A stretch of DNA of 64,000 nt, taken from the NCBI GenBank assembly GCA_951406725.2, contig OX597814.1:63674001-63738000 (forward strand), written 5' to 3'. Shown piece after piece: positions 40,888-55,110 of this stretch. Under the pieces are notes generated by a model. It did not search any database, was not told the DNA's origin, and worked only from the letters and a program-made list of their open reading frames with translations. Source of the stretch: Octopus vulgaris. Taxonomy: Eukaryota. The position numbers and the translations under genes were made by a program. The stretch's first letter is position 1; each line of letters starts with the position of its first letter.

Positions 40888-42720
40888 CATTACCACTACC
40901 GATTATGGAACAATGGGAAGAAATCACCGGATATCGATTGCTTGAGTGAAATAGGGTTGAATCTGACCAATTCACTTGATGGACCCAGATTTCTAGCTCA
41001 GTGTTTTAAACACTGCCAAGTAACTTTATGTATATAATCACCATGTATATTCTCTTCCATGCTGATATGAGTTGGATGATTTGACAAGTTCTGGCGGTCA
41101 TATAGCCGTGTCAAGCTCCAGGGTCAGCTTTGGCATGGTTTCTACAGCTGTATACTCTTCCCAATGACAACTAATTTGCAGTGAGTACTGGTGCTGGTTT
41201 CTTTTTCATGCCACCGAGTGACTTACAAGACTTGAAAGAGAAAGGAAAAGTCTTTTCGATTGAGTAACGTTGTATTTGTTGGAGAGGTAGGTCGCTTTAT
41301 GCCAGGTGCTCAGATATTCAAGTATGAAAAAGGACAAACTCAAGTGTCTTCCTATTGAGAGAATATAAGAGGGACGTTCAATAAGTAATGCCCCTAACCC
41401 ATTTGTAGTTATTTGATCTAGCTGAAAGTTTGCATGTGCAATTATTTATATCTCTATAGATTACAGCTCTGAACTAATTGTGGTTTCTGATTTACAGGTG
41501 TTTTAACTGAGTCAAGTGTGAAGTGGAGCCTGTTGAGTGTCGAGCAGTGATCCGCTTTTTGTATTTGAAAGGACGCACACCACGGCAGACTTTTGATGAA
41601 ATGAAAGTAACTTATGGTGATGATGCCCCATCATATGACCTTGTAAAACGCTGGCATCGTGAATTCAAACATGGTCGGAACTCTGTGGAAACAGCTCCCA
41701 GATCTGGTCGCCCCCACTTCCGTCATTGATGAGGCATCTGTCCGTCAAGTTGAGGCTGCCATTTTGGAAGATCGACGCATTACTATTCGCCAAATAGCCC
41801 ATGAGGTCAAGATTAGTACCGGGTCTGTGGAAACTATCATTTTGCATATGCAAAAGGTGTCTGCCAGATGGATTCCCAGGTTGCTCACACCTTTCCAGAA
41901 GTAAAAACGCATCGAGTGCTCGAGGTTGAATTTGGAGATGTGCCAAGAAGATGAGTCAAAATTTTTCAAAAGACTGATTACACAGGATGAAACGTGGGCC
42001 CATCACTATGATCCAGAGACCGAAGCCCAGTCAATGCAGTGGGAGCACCGTGACTCACCTCCTCCAAAGAAGGCAAGGGTGCAGCCCTCCGCTGGCAAGG
42101 TCATGCTCACAGTCTTCTGGGACCAGGACGGAGTAGTGATGACAGATTTCCTGGCTAAGGGCACCACAATTACATGAGCCTATTATGCTTCACCTTTGAG
42201 GAAATTAAGAGAAGCTATCAAAATCAAGAGGCGGGGCAAGATCAGCAAAGGTCCACAACTCGCGTGTCGCCAGATCAGAAGCACAGGCGTGCGGCTATGA
42301 ACTCCTCCCCCATCCCCCCTACTCTCCTAACCTTGCACCCTCTGATTTTCACCTCTTCCCAGCCATGAAGTTGTTTTTGAAAGGCAAGCGTTTCCCAGAT
42401 GATGCAGCCTTGATTTCTGAGTCACGTCATGGTTGGAGGACCAAGCTGGGGGTCTTCTACAAAAACGGTCTCCAGGGCTGCATCAAACGATGGGAGAAAT
42501 GCGTAACTCTGGGTGGTTCCTATGTAGAAAAAGACTAATAACTGTGCCAAGTTTCGTTGCTCTACTGCTATGGGAAGTGGGTCAGGAGCATTACTTATTG
42601 AACGCCCCTCGTATGTTTACTTCACATTACTTCACATTCCGTAAGGATAGGCGGGAGTAGCTCGAAAGTAGATGCTGGTGATGTGGTAATTGTGCAAATT
42701 CTCAAGATACAAGATGTGTA
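40888..42720. mobile_element. Unclassified element of about 590 bp inserted in the LINE (8-bp TSD tgatgtgt), itself hosting a mariner
   Basis: tgatgtgt at 40880-40887 and 42721-42728. The LINE reading frame rejoins across the insertion. Confidence 0.7.
41368..42611 (+). mobile_element. Full-length mariner (irritans-like), copy 2 of the 22458 family
   Basis: Same TIRs with a few mismatches, TA flanks; EPVECRAVIRFLYLKG, ITQDETWAHHYDPET; independent deletions. Confidence 0.95.
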
Positions 42721-43845
42721 TGATGTGTGAGGTCAGAGAGATAGGTCTGTAGTTCTTGGCCTCCGCTCTGCTACCGCCTTTATGAATAGGGCATATTTTA
42801 CCTTCCTTCAGTTTTCTTGGAAGTTTGCCAGTTTCAAGGAAGCTCTGAAAGAGGAACTGCAGTGGTCTTGCTAGGACTCTCTTACATACTTTTAGAAGGA
42901 TTGCTGGGAATCCATCGGGGCCAGTAGCTGAGTTTGTTTTCATTTCATCTATAGCCTTTATTTCATCTATAGCCTTTAATGGGCAATGCCGGCATACACG
43001 TGAGGCGGAGGGGCGAAATGAAAGTGGCTCAGGATGTAAGGGATGGTGTTCAAGGTGTTGTACATTCACAGAGATAGGTGGCAATAATAACTAGGGAGAC
43101 AATTGGGTAGGGCTTGAGACCTTTGATGGTAGATATGAGACGGTGTACTGAAGGATTGCAGATATGAAAATCGTGGCACAGACGAGAGTGATAGATAACT
43201 GAAGTGACAAAATGAGTTGTTCAGTAATATAGTGTGGAAAGGGATGATAATGAAAATGAATAATCATTTGCTAGCACAGTAGTACATATTCAAATTTGAT
43301 TCCCTACTGGAGCTATTTCACCTACGCTGTTGAACTTAGCAAATGAACGAAATATATAACTGTTATTAACTTACCTATGAAATATTTCACTAAAATCGTT
43401 GCACGATTGAACATCCATATTACAACAGAAATTACAAAATACCTTTCTCATTAATCTTTTTAGAACAAGCATATTAATATCAGGGTAGTTACATCTAGAA
43501 TTATTCAATTTGGTTAATATGCTTACTTAAAACACACACATATCATCAAGTTTAGGCAGTGGGGTAACTTTGGAACTTTGGTTATCGTAGTAGCGTTGCT
43601 GAACCATGAAAAAACGTGTCAGATGAACAATACACCTACTCATAGAAAGTCCTCTCGGAAAAGATGCACGGCTGTCCGTTGAAAGTTACCCCGCCAACCC
43701 TAGTTGTTGCTAGTTCCTATTTTCAGCTGAGTGGACAGCTATGAGCAATGTAAAATGGATTGCCTTGCTCAAGGACAAAACTTGCCATTTGGTCTGCGAA
43801 TTAAACCTCCATTCTTATAATAATAACCCAAACATCTGATATATA

Positions 43846-43919
<74 letters not shown>

Positions 43920-43933
43920 TGTATGTATGTATA

Positions 43934-44170
43934 CTCCGTCGGTTACGATGATGAGGCTCCCAGCTGATACGAGCAACGGAACAGCTTGCACGTGAAATTC
44001 ACGTGCAAGTGGCTGAACACTCCACAGACGCCCCTACACTTAACGTAGTTCTCAAGGAGAGTCATCCTGACGCAGAGTGTCACAAGGCTGGCCCTTTGAA
44101 ATACAGGTACTACTCATTTTGCCAACTGAGTGGACTGGAGTAATGTGAAGTAGTGCCTTGCTCAAGGACG
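43934..44170 (-). mobile_element. SINE family C/D body
   Basis: Minus strand gtccttgagcaaggcactacttca...ccagtccactcagttggc core. Confidence 0.6.
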
Positions 44171-44351
44171 ATATATGTCAGTATTTGTATATATTTGCGC
44201 TCTTCTTACAACATTAGGAGAATTTAAAATCATATTTCTAGCAATGTTGGTGCTTCGACACCGTTAGTCACACTTAGTGGCGATTGAATTCATATAAATA
44301 CAGAGAAAGAGAGCGCTCGATAGACACACACACAATATGTATATGTATGTA

Positions 44352-44413
<62 letters not shown>

Positions 44414-44415
<2 letters not shown>

Positions 44416-45513
44416 AGCTGCCTCTTTGCGTTGCGTTTATAGATTATGAGAAATTCTTCGATAGCGTCGAAACCAACGCAGTGCTGAACTCGCTGCAGAG
44501 GCAAGGAATCGAAGCGCAATATATGCAACTGCTCAGAGAGGCAAATTCCGGATGCACCACCGACATAGCTCTACTGACATCACCCATACGAGTGCCGGTC
44601 GAGAAGGGAGTGAAGCAAGGAGATACAATCTCCCCAAAATTTTTCACTGCATGTCTCGAACAGATTATCAGAGGCATCGATTGGCAAGGTGGTGTCAACA
44701 CCAATGGCGAGCTCCTCACTCACCTCCGTTTCGCTGACGACATCATACTCATCGCTGAAAACATGGATCAGCTTCAGACCATGCTGACGGAGCTCGACAT
44801 CAAAAGTTCTGCAGTAGGTCTCAAGATGAACTGCATGAAAACAAAGTTCATGCGGTCAGACAATGTACCAACAGGTCGAATGGTGATCGGCAGTGAGGAA
44901 ATAGAGGAGATAAAGGAATATGTCTACCCTGGACAGGAAGTGAATATGTGCCGAGATATCGAAAAGGAGATCTCACGGAGAGTACGGGCCGGATGGAAGG
45001 CGTTCAATGGCATAAGGGATGTGCTCAAGGGAAGCTTGGACAGTACCACCCGCGCCAACCTCATTAACAGTGCAGTTCTGCCTGCAATGTTATATGGTAG
45101 TGAAACATGGGCTACCACAAAGAGAGAAGAGCAAAGACTGGTAACGGCTCAAAGAGCCATGGAAAGGTCAATGCTTGGTATCTCGTTTAGAGAGCACATA
45201 AGTAGCAAGATCATCAGAAAGAAGTCCGGCGTGAGAGATGTCAGCGCAGAGTATACACGCAGCAAGTATAGATGGGCTGGACACGTCGCCCGTGCACCGC
45301 TAATCGGTGGACTCACTCAGTTGACGAGTGGTACCCACGTGAGCGGAAAAGACCACCCGGAAGACCTCCATGACGGCGGAGTTACGATTTCAGGAGGACG
45401 ATTGGGATCGCGTGGATGAGAAAGGCGCGATCCAGAGAGGCGTGGACAGCGTGCTGTGACCAGCGGTGCCAAATGGACGCCTGACGGACTGGTCTGTCAA
45501 GGTGATCAAGGTG
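44414..45513 (+). mobile_element. 5'-truncated RTE-clade LINE with a largely open RT frame
   Basis: PLCVAFIDYEKFFDSVE...GVKQGDTISPK...LRFADDI...LYGSETW...RWAGHVAR; (caaggtgat)2 tail; (TA)n flanks. Confidence 0.92.
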
Positions 45514-45547
<34 letters not shown>

Positions 45548-45673
45548 GTATGTATATTATGTATATATATATCATATAACGTTTTTTCAAACAATATTAA
45601 TAGCGTTCAGTAAATCACTATACATATCCATCAATTTCTGTTAAAATGTGTTGTTGACGTGTTTCATTTTTTC

Positions 45674-45761
45674 ACTTCCCCGAAGAGAAGATTACATTGT
45701 TTTACACCATTTATTCCTTTGGGATAATATCAGTGATATCTTCGAAACATGTGTCGGAAGT
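45674..45761 (+). ncRNA. Candidate minimal type I hammerhead ribozyme
   Basis: Stem I acttcc/ggaagt; core CCGAAGA; stem II gaagat/atcttc; GAAA-catgtg-TC with GUC site after 45755. Confidence 0.7.
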
Positions 45762-45794
45762 AAAAGTATTTGAATTATACCTATGTTAAACCTC

Positions 45795-45853
<59 letters not shown>

Positions 45854-46141
45854 AAAAAATTAATTTACGAAGGTGTCATTAATTCTATTATTATCCAATG
45901 TAACTATTTTAAAAATGATAATAACAGAATCAATGACAGGCGATAGCAGACCAAAAAATAGCATTAAATAGCCGAGGGATTAAAATTAATCAAAGGACAT
46001 ACTAAGTATGACTACCTGCTAGAAATAACAGTCAAAACTCTTATTAAATCGCCAAAAATACACTGATGAATACTACAGAAATCAAGCGAAGACAAAATGA
46101 GGTGAAGACAATCTACTAAGTTACATTTAAGTATTTGGACT

Positions 46142-46196
46142 CACGCGGACCGGTTTCTGCATTGGTAAAATAAAACCTTAGCTTCTTCAGCACGTG
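46142..46196 (-). ncRNA. Candidate minimal type I hammerhead ribozyme (canonical core)
   Basis: Minus strand: cacgtg CTGAAGA agc..ggt-acc..gca GAAA CCGG TC cgcgtg; palindromic ACCGGT stem III; GUC site. Confidence 0.72.
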
Positions 46197-46351
46197 TTAC
46201 CATGATTAGAGACTTCCAACCTGTCGCTTCGAAGTCTGTGCTGCAACTGATTCGTTTCGCGAAATCATAACAGCCACCAGTGTAAAATAATCTCGATACA
46301 ATTTTCGAGAAAAATAATTCACCAAAAATCATGGCTGTTATGATTTCGGCG

Positions 46352-46691
<340 letters not shown>

Positions 46692-47511
46692 GATACACAC
46701 TCACGCACATATATATGTACACGCGCACTCACGCACGTAATTACATGCATGTGTATACATGCTTTCCATCACACATGCTCATATATAACATACATAAAAA
46801 CATGCAATATATACTTATTTGTATACGTATGTGTTATAGTGTGTTTTAGTCTACACTGAATGATCGCAAATGTCACATTTAAAAGAGGTTTTGCAACAAA
46901 CGTAATTTATAGGCAGGATATATCAAAGTGGATACTGCAACAAAACATAAAACCAGTTGAACGTGAAGTAGCTACTTTCTGTTCCTCATACCTGTTTTAT
47001 GAAGGTAACCTTACGCTTATCCGGTTAAGTACTCGTTGCAGACAACATAACACAATCATAAACTATCCCTTCTCACAGATATACATACACAGTTGCAAGT
47101 ACAAACAAAAGAAAATAGTACTCAATACATGTATCAGAGTTCATCATTAACGTTAATCGTTAAGTGATTCAACTGAGATTCACTTACATTAGATTGATCT
47201 GTTTTAGTTGTCAAATTAAGTTCATACGTGCATAAATATATATATGCACATACATTGATACACGCACATACACATGTGTGTGCTCCGCCCATCCCACATT
47301 AATCAATGAAATTCCAACTAAGTTTCATGTTCACGTTATATCAATTTTAATGTTTACAATTTTAAAGCTTTGAAATAAACCAGTACTCTCATGAGTTACG
47401 CATTAATCAAGTTTATGTGGAGAACGATTGACAACTGTAGTGAAATGCTTGGATTTAGCCTTTTAATACCTTCCGATGGATTCCAGCAGGCTGTCTTACG
47501 AACAGTATTTT

Positions 47512-47745
47512 GACGAAGAGCTGGTAGAAACGTTAGCACACCGGGCGAAATGCTTAGCGGTATTTCGTCTGCGTTACGTTGTGAGTTCAAATTCCGCCGA
47601 GGTCGACTTTGCCTCTCATCCTTTCGGGGTCGATAAATTAAGTACCAGTTACGCACTGGGGTCTATGTAATCGACTTAATACCTATATCTGTCCTTGTTT
47701 GTCCCCTCTGTGTTTAGCCCCTTGTGGGTAATAAAGAAATAGGTA
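47512..47745 (+). mobile_element. SINE family A, young copy
   Basis: Full head, core and aataaagaaat tail. Confidence 0.88.
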
Positions 47746-47917
47746 TAGTGAGTGCGCTAAGTAAGTTTTAACTGTATTTCAAGCAATCAGTATGTGGCTT
47801 AGACGTCACGGTTTCGTGGGCACGTCAAGGATTCCTTACTGTGACTGCACCTATAGAAATAATTATTTGGCTATAATTCGGAATGTTGTAAAAAACATTC
47901 CTGTAACCATTGAATTC

Positions 47918-48130
47918 TTATTTCTTTACAGCCCACAGGGGGCTACACACAGAGGGGACAAACATGGATAGACAAACGAATTAATTCGATTATATCAACC
48001 CCAGTGCGTAACTGGTACTTATCTAATCGACCCCGAAAGGATGAATGGCGAAGTCGACCTCGGCTGAATTTGAACTCAGAACATAACGGCATTACGCCCG
48101 GCGTGCTAACGTTTCTGTCAGCTCGCCACC
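47918..48130 (-). mobile_element. SINE family A, inverted copy
   Basis: Reverse complement of the family sequence. Confidence 0.85.
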
Positions 48131-48294
48131 AGCTCGTTACCATTGAATTCTATTGTTACTATTCCAGAAATTTTTTACATTTCAATTAATGCTGTTGTTA
48201 GTGGCGGCGGTGGCAGCAGTAGTAATAGCTGTATTACTTATTATTATCATTATTATCACCATCATCATTAACATTATCACCGTCACTATAACTG

Positions 48295-49300
48295 TCCATT
48301 TAAAACGGATTTGAATTTATCAATAAAATTCTTTTCTCTGACCTTCTCTCAACTTCTCTTGAGTTGTGTAGTTTGTAGAATGGGATTATAAACTTTTCCT
48401 GACTACGTGTTGCCAGATGGTTGCTTAAAGGAATCTGACGTTTATCAGGGCCCTTAATTTGCTGTCCTGTCAGTGCACATGTGAATGTTCCGTAATGCAT
48501 TCCCAGTCTGTCCAGCGTATATCTCTTCACAATTTGTGCATTTGAGCAGTGATCTACCTCAAAGCAATTTAGACTTTCGTAAGTTCGTAGCACGAACCTA
48601 TCTTCTTAGTGTTCTGGAGATAAAGTAACTGGCTACTAAACGCTAGGCCCATTTTGGCTAACTTAAGTTGCGTGTAGTTATCGGTTTGGAAACAACACCA
48701 ACTATTTTCTATGTTCATAGACCTACATGGACGGACAGAATGTCGTGAGGTGTCTGTTGCTTCTATGTCCGGAAGCTACTGTAAGTTTATTCATCGACAT
48801 CAGTTTGAACGGAGAGCTGTCGAAGATTAATGGGTAAGTCACCCGATAGCAGCAGAAGCATTTCCGTGAAAGTAACAAGATTTGATGGGGTTGGATTAAA
48901 CTTTAGCAATGCTGGGGCGAATTTACAGCATGGAGGGAGCTGTGGACTAAATGGGATGTAAGATACCATACCGTTGAGTATAAGACCGTACATCTCTATA
49001 GTCAGCTACCAGTGGGCTGAAGTTCAGGAACAAGGTATACCTATGGTGGCAAAAATAAAATAGCTCATTATTTCAGTTGTTGGAAATCGCAGGTTGGTGG
49101 AGTAAGTGTTGTCTCTCATGGAGGCAGAGTTGAAAATTGTGAGTTAATGTTGAGTATGAACATTTCTATCAATGATACTCCATCAGATTTTGGGAAAGTC
49201 GTCCCGTTGATAATGGAGTGTCCAGATGAAACGGGGCAAAGCGGCTGTGCTTTCCCTATCGCTGTATATACTCTCACTTGGAGGTACTAGTTATCATAAC
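48295..49300 (-). mobile_element. Penelope-like element remnant (GIY-YIG)
   Basis: Minus strand: CTNCEEIYAGQTGNALR...PDKRQIPLSNHL...IPFYKL...ERRSEK. Left boundary firmer than the right. Confidence 0.65.
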
Positions 49301-49386
49301 AGCAAATTCAGCCAATTCAATATTATGGATTTTTACTCTTTTACATCATGTGGCTTGTTGACTCTCTATGTGTGTGTGTATCTGTA

Positions 49387-49467
<81 letters not shown>

Positions 49468-49625
49468 GCGTGTATGTGTGTGTGCGTGTGCACGTGCAAG
49501 CGTGTGTGTGAAATATTTGTAAAGGCGAATAAATAAAACCAATTTTTCCAATTTCTTGTCCCGATATATGCATACATACATGCATATCTACATACATACA
49601 CATACACGTCTCTGTGCTTTGCGTG

Positions 49626-49673
<48 letters not shown>

Positions 49674-49892
49674 TTATTATTCTATTAGCAATAAAATTAT
49701 TTCGTATGTAGTCGAAAATTCGTTAAAATCAAACACCATCTCTCATAAACCAGCAGTTGCTGATCGGTGTCACGAAAAGTGAATTTACGGAGAGACACTT
49801 ATGCGAGGACACATATAAACCCTGACAACCTACTTATCTACCTACTTAACTAACTACTTACCTACCTACAGGTATACATTCATTCTTAAATG

Positions 49893-49924
<32 letters not shown>

Positions 49925-49963
49925 CAAACACATACACACATTTATACATATTTATGCATATAC

Positions 49964-50009
<46 letters not shown>

Positions 50010-50013
<4 letters not shown>

Positions 50014-51143
50014 AGAATTCACAAAAAAATAAAGACGAAGATAGGTGGTGTAGACAACAAACAGATGTATTAGTTTAACGCTCGGGAAGTGAAAAGGTTT
50101 TTAACGTTTCGAGCCTACGCTCTTCCACAGAAAAGAACACAGAAAGAAACAAAAGAGAAATTAAAGAATGTGTAGTGGGTACCGATCTATCATGGCGAAT
50201 GCCAGATAGAGGGGTCACACAGGAGAGCGAGGAAGAAGGAGATATAATATAGTAGTGCTGATCACAAAACGAAGGTGCGCATGCGTGTGTTTAAGAGAGC
50301 ATTATGTGCGTGTGGAAGAGGGCTGGTGACCTTGATGTGTGCATGTGTAGGTGTGTGGACAATGGTATGGTGCTGGGAAGTGGTCAGTGCTAGTGTGTGC
50401 GTGGTCGTGTGATGTGATGCAGTGTTGTGTGGTAAGGTGGTGTATGGTGTCGTGGTGTTGTGTGGTCGTGTTGGGATGTGGAGGAGGCGAGAGTTGAGAA
50501 AGCAAGGATGGGCGTAGAGGTGGGGTATGTGGGAGTGTCTGTAAGACATGGGATGGGATGGGATGGATAGGAAGTGTGGGGTTGGATTGTGTAGGGGTGG
50601 GTTTACGAGGGAGGTGTGACGATGAAGGGAGAGGGGGAAGAGAGAAGGTAGGAAGGAATTAAGAAAAGTAGAAGTCGGAGCAAGAGAGGAGAGGTCGAGC
50701 GGGAGTAAGTAAGTAGGTGTGAGAGGAAGAGAGGAGAAGGGAGGAGAATTAGATGAAGGAGAGGAGAGGAGAGCCTATGTGGCGAAAGGAGCGAAGAGAA
50801 AAATTCATTAGTCGTTCACGGTGAAGACGGGAGTCCGGATGGCCCCTGCAAGGACAATCCGAATACGGACAGGTGTTGCAAAGAGTGACCGGTAGAGCGG
50901 AAATGGCGTAAGACCGGGGTATCATTGCCGAGTTGAATGTCTCGGAGGTGTTCCGCGAACTAGCCAGCCAAGCGGTGTCTCGTTTGCTCGATGTGTAGAG
51001 AAGGGTAGAGAGAGAGCAGGAGATGCGGCAGATGACATTGGTAGAAGTGCAGGTGCAGGAGTCGATGATATGATAGGGTCGATGATGGGTGCCGCCGGTG
51101 AGAAGGGTGGTGTTGGAGAAGTAAGGTCAAGGCCCTGGTCACG
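50010..51143 (-). mobile_element. 5'-truncated Penelope-like (Neptune-like) element: GIY-YIG, low-complexity 3' UTR, terminal HHR-like motif
   Basis: CTCTSTNVICRISCS...LHIEQTRHRLAG*FAEHLRDIQLGNDTPVLRHFRSTGHS; HHR-like motif at 50098-50135(-). Confidence 0.8.
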
Positions 51144-51177
51144 GCGAAATTGCTTTTATTACTGGTTTGGGCTTTGA

Positions 51178-51243
51178 CTGCATGTAGTGGTTAAGAGCGC
51201 GGGCTACTAACCCCAAGATTCCGAGTTTGATCCCAGGCAGTCA

Positions 51244-51312
<69 letters not shown>

Positions 51313-51316
51313 TAAA

Positions 51317-51377
<61 letters not shown>

Positions 51378-51550
51378 TCGAAAGATGCCTTAGGAATGAG
51401 AACCCAGGTTCGAAATTTCCCCAAGACACTTGATGAAGGCTGGAGGGTATATCAGCCGAAACGTTGTGTTAACAACAAAGAAGATGAGGACAAATATCCG
51501 TCAAATGTAAATAATGTACATAATTCCTCATCTCTTAAATATAGAACTGT
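51178..51550 (+). mobile_element. tRNA-headed SINE-like element with (AAT)n and an HHR-bearing tail
   Basis: tgtagtggttaagagcgcgggctactaacccc...gagtttgatcccagg head; gacac TTGATGA a ggctg..cagcc GAAA CGTT gtgtt at 51425-51470. Confidence 0.65.
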
Positions 51551-51814
51551 ATTGTCATCTGTACTTCATCAGTGAGATCGCTAAAATTAATATAATTAAT
51601 ATACAGCTAATACGTACCGAAAACACGTGCGTGTTGCATGCTTATACATTATGTTTTCAAATTCACCGTGCAAGCTCAGTTACATTCGTCTGCAAATAAT
51701 AATAAAATTAAAACTGTGTACGAGAAAGGCTTTGAAAGTACGAAAGTTTTACTGTGAAAATAAGGATAGGAAATTTAGAAAATTTTCATACTGGTAGGTA
51801 GCATATATATATAT

Positions 51815-52832
51815 ATCTAATATAGGATAAAATTTTTCGAAAAAAATTCTATCAATGGCCAGCATATTAAAAAATACCTTTAAAGATTAAATTTATAAAC
51901 AATTTATAAGTAAGGGCAAAAGAAAAAAAATTCTAATGCCAAAATATGCCGAAAATAGACACAACGTCAATAACCAAATATCCATTTAATTTATCACTAC
52001 AAGCACGCGTTTCGAAGAAAGCCGACAGAAATTTCTAAAAAAATCCCGTTTTTACCATCTCGGACCCGATTTCTGTGTTAGTTCATAAGAACCTTCCCTT
52101 CATCGGTGATAAAGGCGGCAAAGAAATAAGTGAAATACTTACTTATACCCATGCAAGAAGTCAAAACTAAGTCATGAGCACAATTAAGTACCCGAAATAT
52201 ATCTAAAATAGAAAATCTCTAGCACACCTCGAGACACGTAGATTCGAACCGAAAAACTTTCGTAAAGTGAGAGAGTCTGGAAGTGAACACTATTAAATTA
52301 ACATCTAATATAGGATAAAATTTTTCGAACAAAATTCTATCAATAACCAGCATATTAAAATTAATTTAACCTTTAAAGGTATTTTTTAATATGCTGGCCA
52401 TTGATAGAATATTTTTCGAAAAATGTTATCCTATATTAGATGTTAATTTAATAGTGTTCACTTCCAGACTCTCTCACTTTACGAGAGTTTTTCGGTTCGA
52501 ATCGCACGTGTCTCGAGATGTGCTAGAGATTTTCTATTTTGGATATATTTCGGGTACTTAATTGTGCTCATGACTTAGTTTTGACTTCTTCCATGGGTAT
52601 AAGTAAGTATTTAACTTATTTCTTTGCCGCATTTATCACTGATGAAGGGAAGGTTCTTATGAACTAACTCTGAAATCGGGTCCGATATGGTAATAACAGG
52701 ATTTTTTTAGAAATTTCTGTTGGCTTTCTTCGAAACACGTGCTTGTAGTGATAAATTAAATGGTTATTGACGTTGTGTCAATTTTCGGCTTATTTTGGCA
52801 TTACAAATTTCTTCTTTCGCCCTTACTTATAA

Positions 52833-52837
<5 letters not shown>
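51815..52837. mobile_element. Non-coding tandem-plus-foldback element (488-bp unit) with an HHR motif in each arm, between (TA)n tracts
   Basis: Unit restarts at 52303; 52361-52837 is the inverted arm; CTGATGA...GAAA at 52639-52675(+) and CCGATGA at 52106-52100(-). Confidence 0.8.
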
Positions 52838-52889
<52 letters not shown>

Positions 52890-52890
<1 letters not shown>

Positions 52891-53517
52891 TATCTTTGCA
52901 ATTTCGGCTGGTTATACTTGAGATTGCGCCCATCTGGCCAGCGCCAAGGAAAAACTAAGCTAAGAGCTCTAGATTCCTTGGAAGAAAGCAGCAAATATAT
53001 ACGAAAAAAGGACGGAAAAAAAACGGAGAAATGGTACACAAATACAAATGCAAATAAAAGACATTGACAACAAGTGTCTTTCGACTAAGGACGAATTAGA
53101 TGAAGCTGGCGTGAGTGGAAGTGAAACCTTACAGCAGGGACATAACAGATGACACGCATAGGTAGGAATATAAATGTTGCACGGATGCTAACCGAACCAA
53201 GAAAGAATGTTCAGGCTTGACCGAACACCGGTCACGTGGAGAGGGAAGGGAGAGAGGTAGAGGCAGAGAATTAGAAGAATTAAGGAGGGAGGAGAATAAA
53301 AGTAAAGGGACAGATTGAAGTGAAAGAGGAGGGAAGGTGAGAATGAAGAAGAAGCCAGGAAATGTGAGAGAGGGGTAATGTCTACACACACACACACACA
53401 CATACACACACATATACGCACTAACACATTCACATACACGCAGCCGGTCACATTCCAAACATATTGAAAGGACGTTCAGCACAACACACACACACACTCA
53501 CGCAGGCTCGCACATAT

Positions 53518-53564
<47 letters not shown>

Positions 53565-53945
53565 CAGCTGGACAAAACCCATTCAATAAATGATATTTAA
53601 GCCACACCCTCGCCAGGAACCCACACAGATGTTTTAAAATAATGGACAACTACACCTCCGCTCTTTCTCTCTAATACCTTGAACTGTATACCAGATTTTT
53701 TGCAAACAAACTATATTTAAAAAAGATTTACGGAAAAACTCAAACCCAAGAAGATAAATACAAACTATTTTACTTAAAATTCAAAATATTTTGATAAGAT
53801 GAAATTCATCGTCGAAACCGATATTTTATATTTTCTATGTATTAAAAAATTGTTAATAATATTAATTTCTTTCTAACTTAAAATGCTTTCACTTTACTTC
53901 TGTGCTGTTTCTACCTCCATCTTTGACTTGTATAGTTCTCTAATC
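52890..53945. mobile_element. Probable Penelope-derived remnants with a degenerate HHR at about 53790-53826(+)
   Basis: PHRCFKIM...YLELY..KLYLK resembles a GIY-YIG C-terminus; TTGATAA gatg..cgtc GAAACCGAT; CT/CA-rich segment like 50200-50780. Confidence 0.35.
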
Positions 53946-53962
53946 ATTTTCATATATATATG

Positions 53963-55110
<1,148 letters not shown>

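Larger units (their letters stand above)
39470..42980 (-). mobile_element. CR1/L2-group LINE (RT), interrupted by the nested insertion 40888-42720
   Basis: SATGPDG...NYRPISLTSHI | SKVMERIV...QHGFRPGRSC...LDFAKAFDKVDH...SGVPQG...YADDT...YSLERRRERY; 3' tail ggcagtgccccagcacggccacagc. Confidence 0.92.

Noticed and set aside
46063-46085. CTGATGA...GAAA on the plus strand as an HHR
   Set aside because: No stem II or stem I pairing; likely chance.
51183-51245. Genuine tRNA gene
   Set aside because: No acceptor stem pairing and a mutated B box; better explained as a SINE head.
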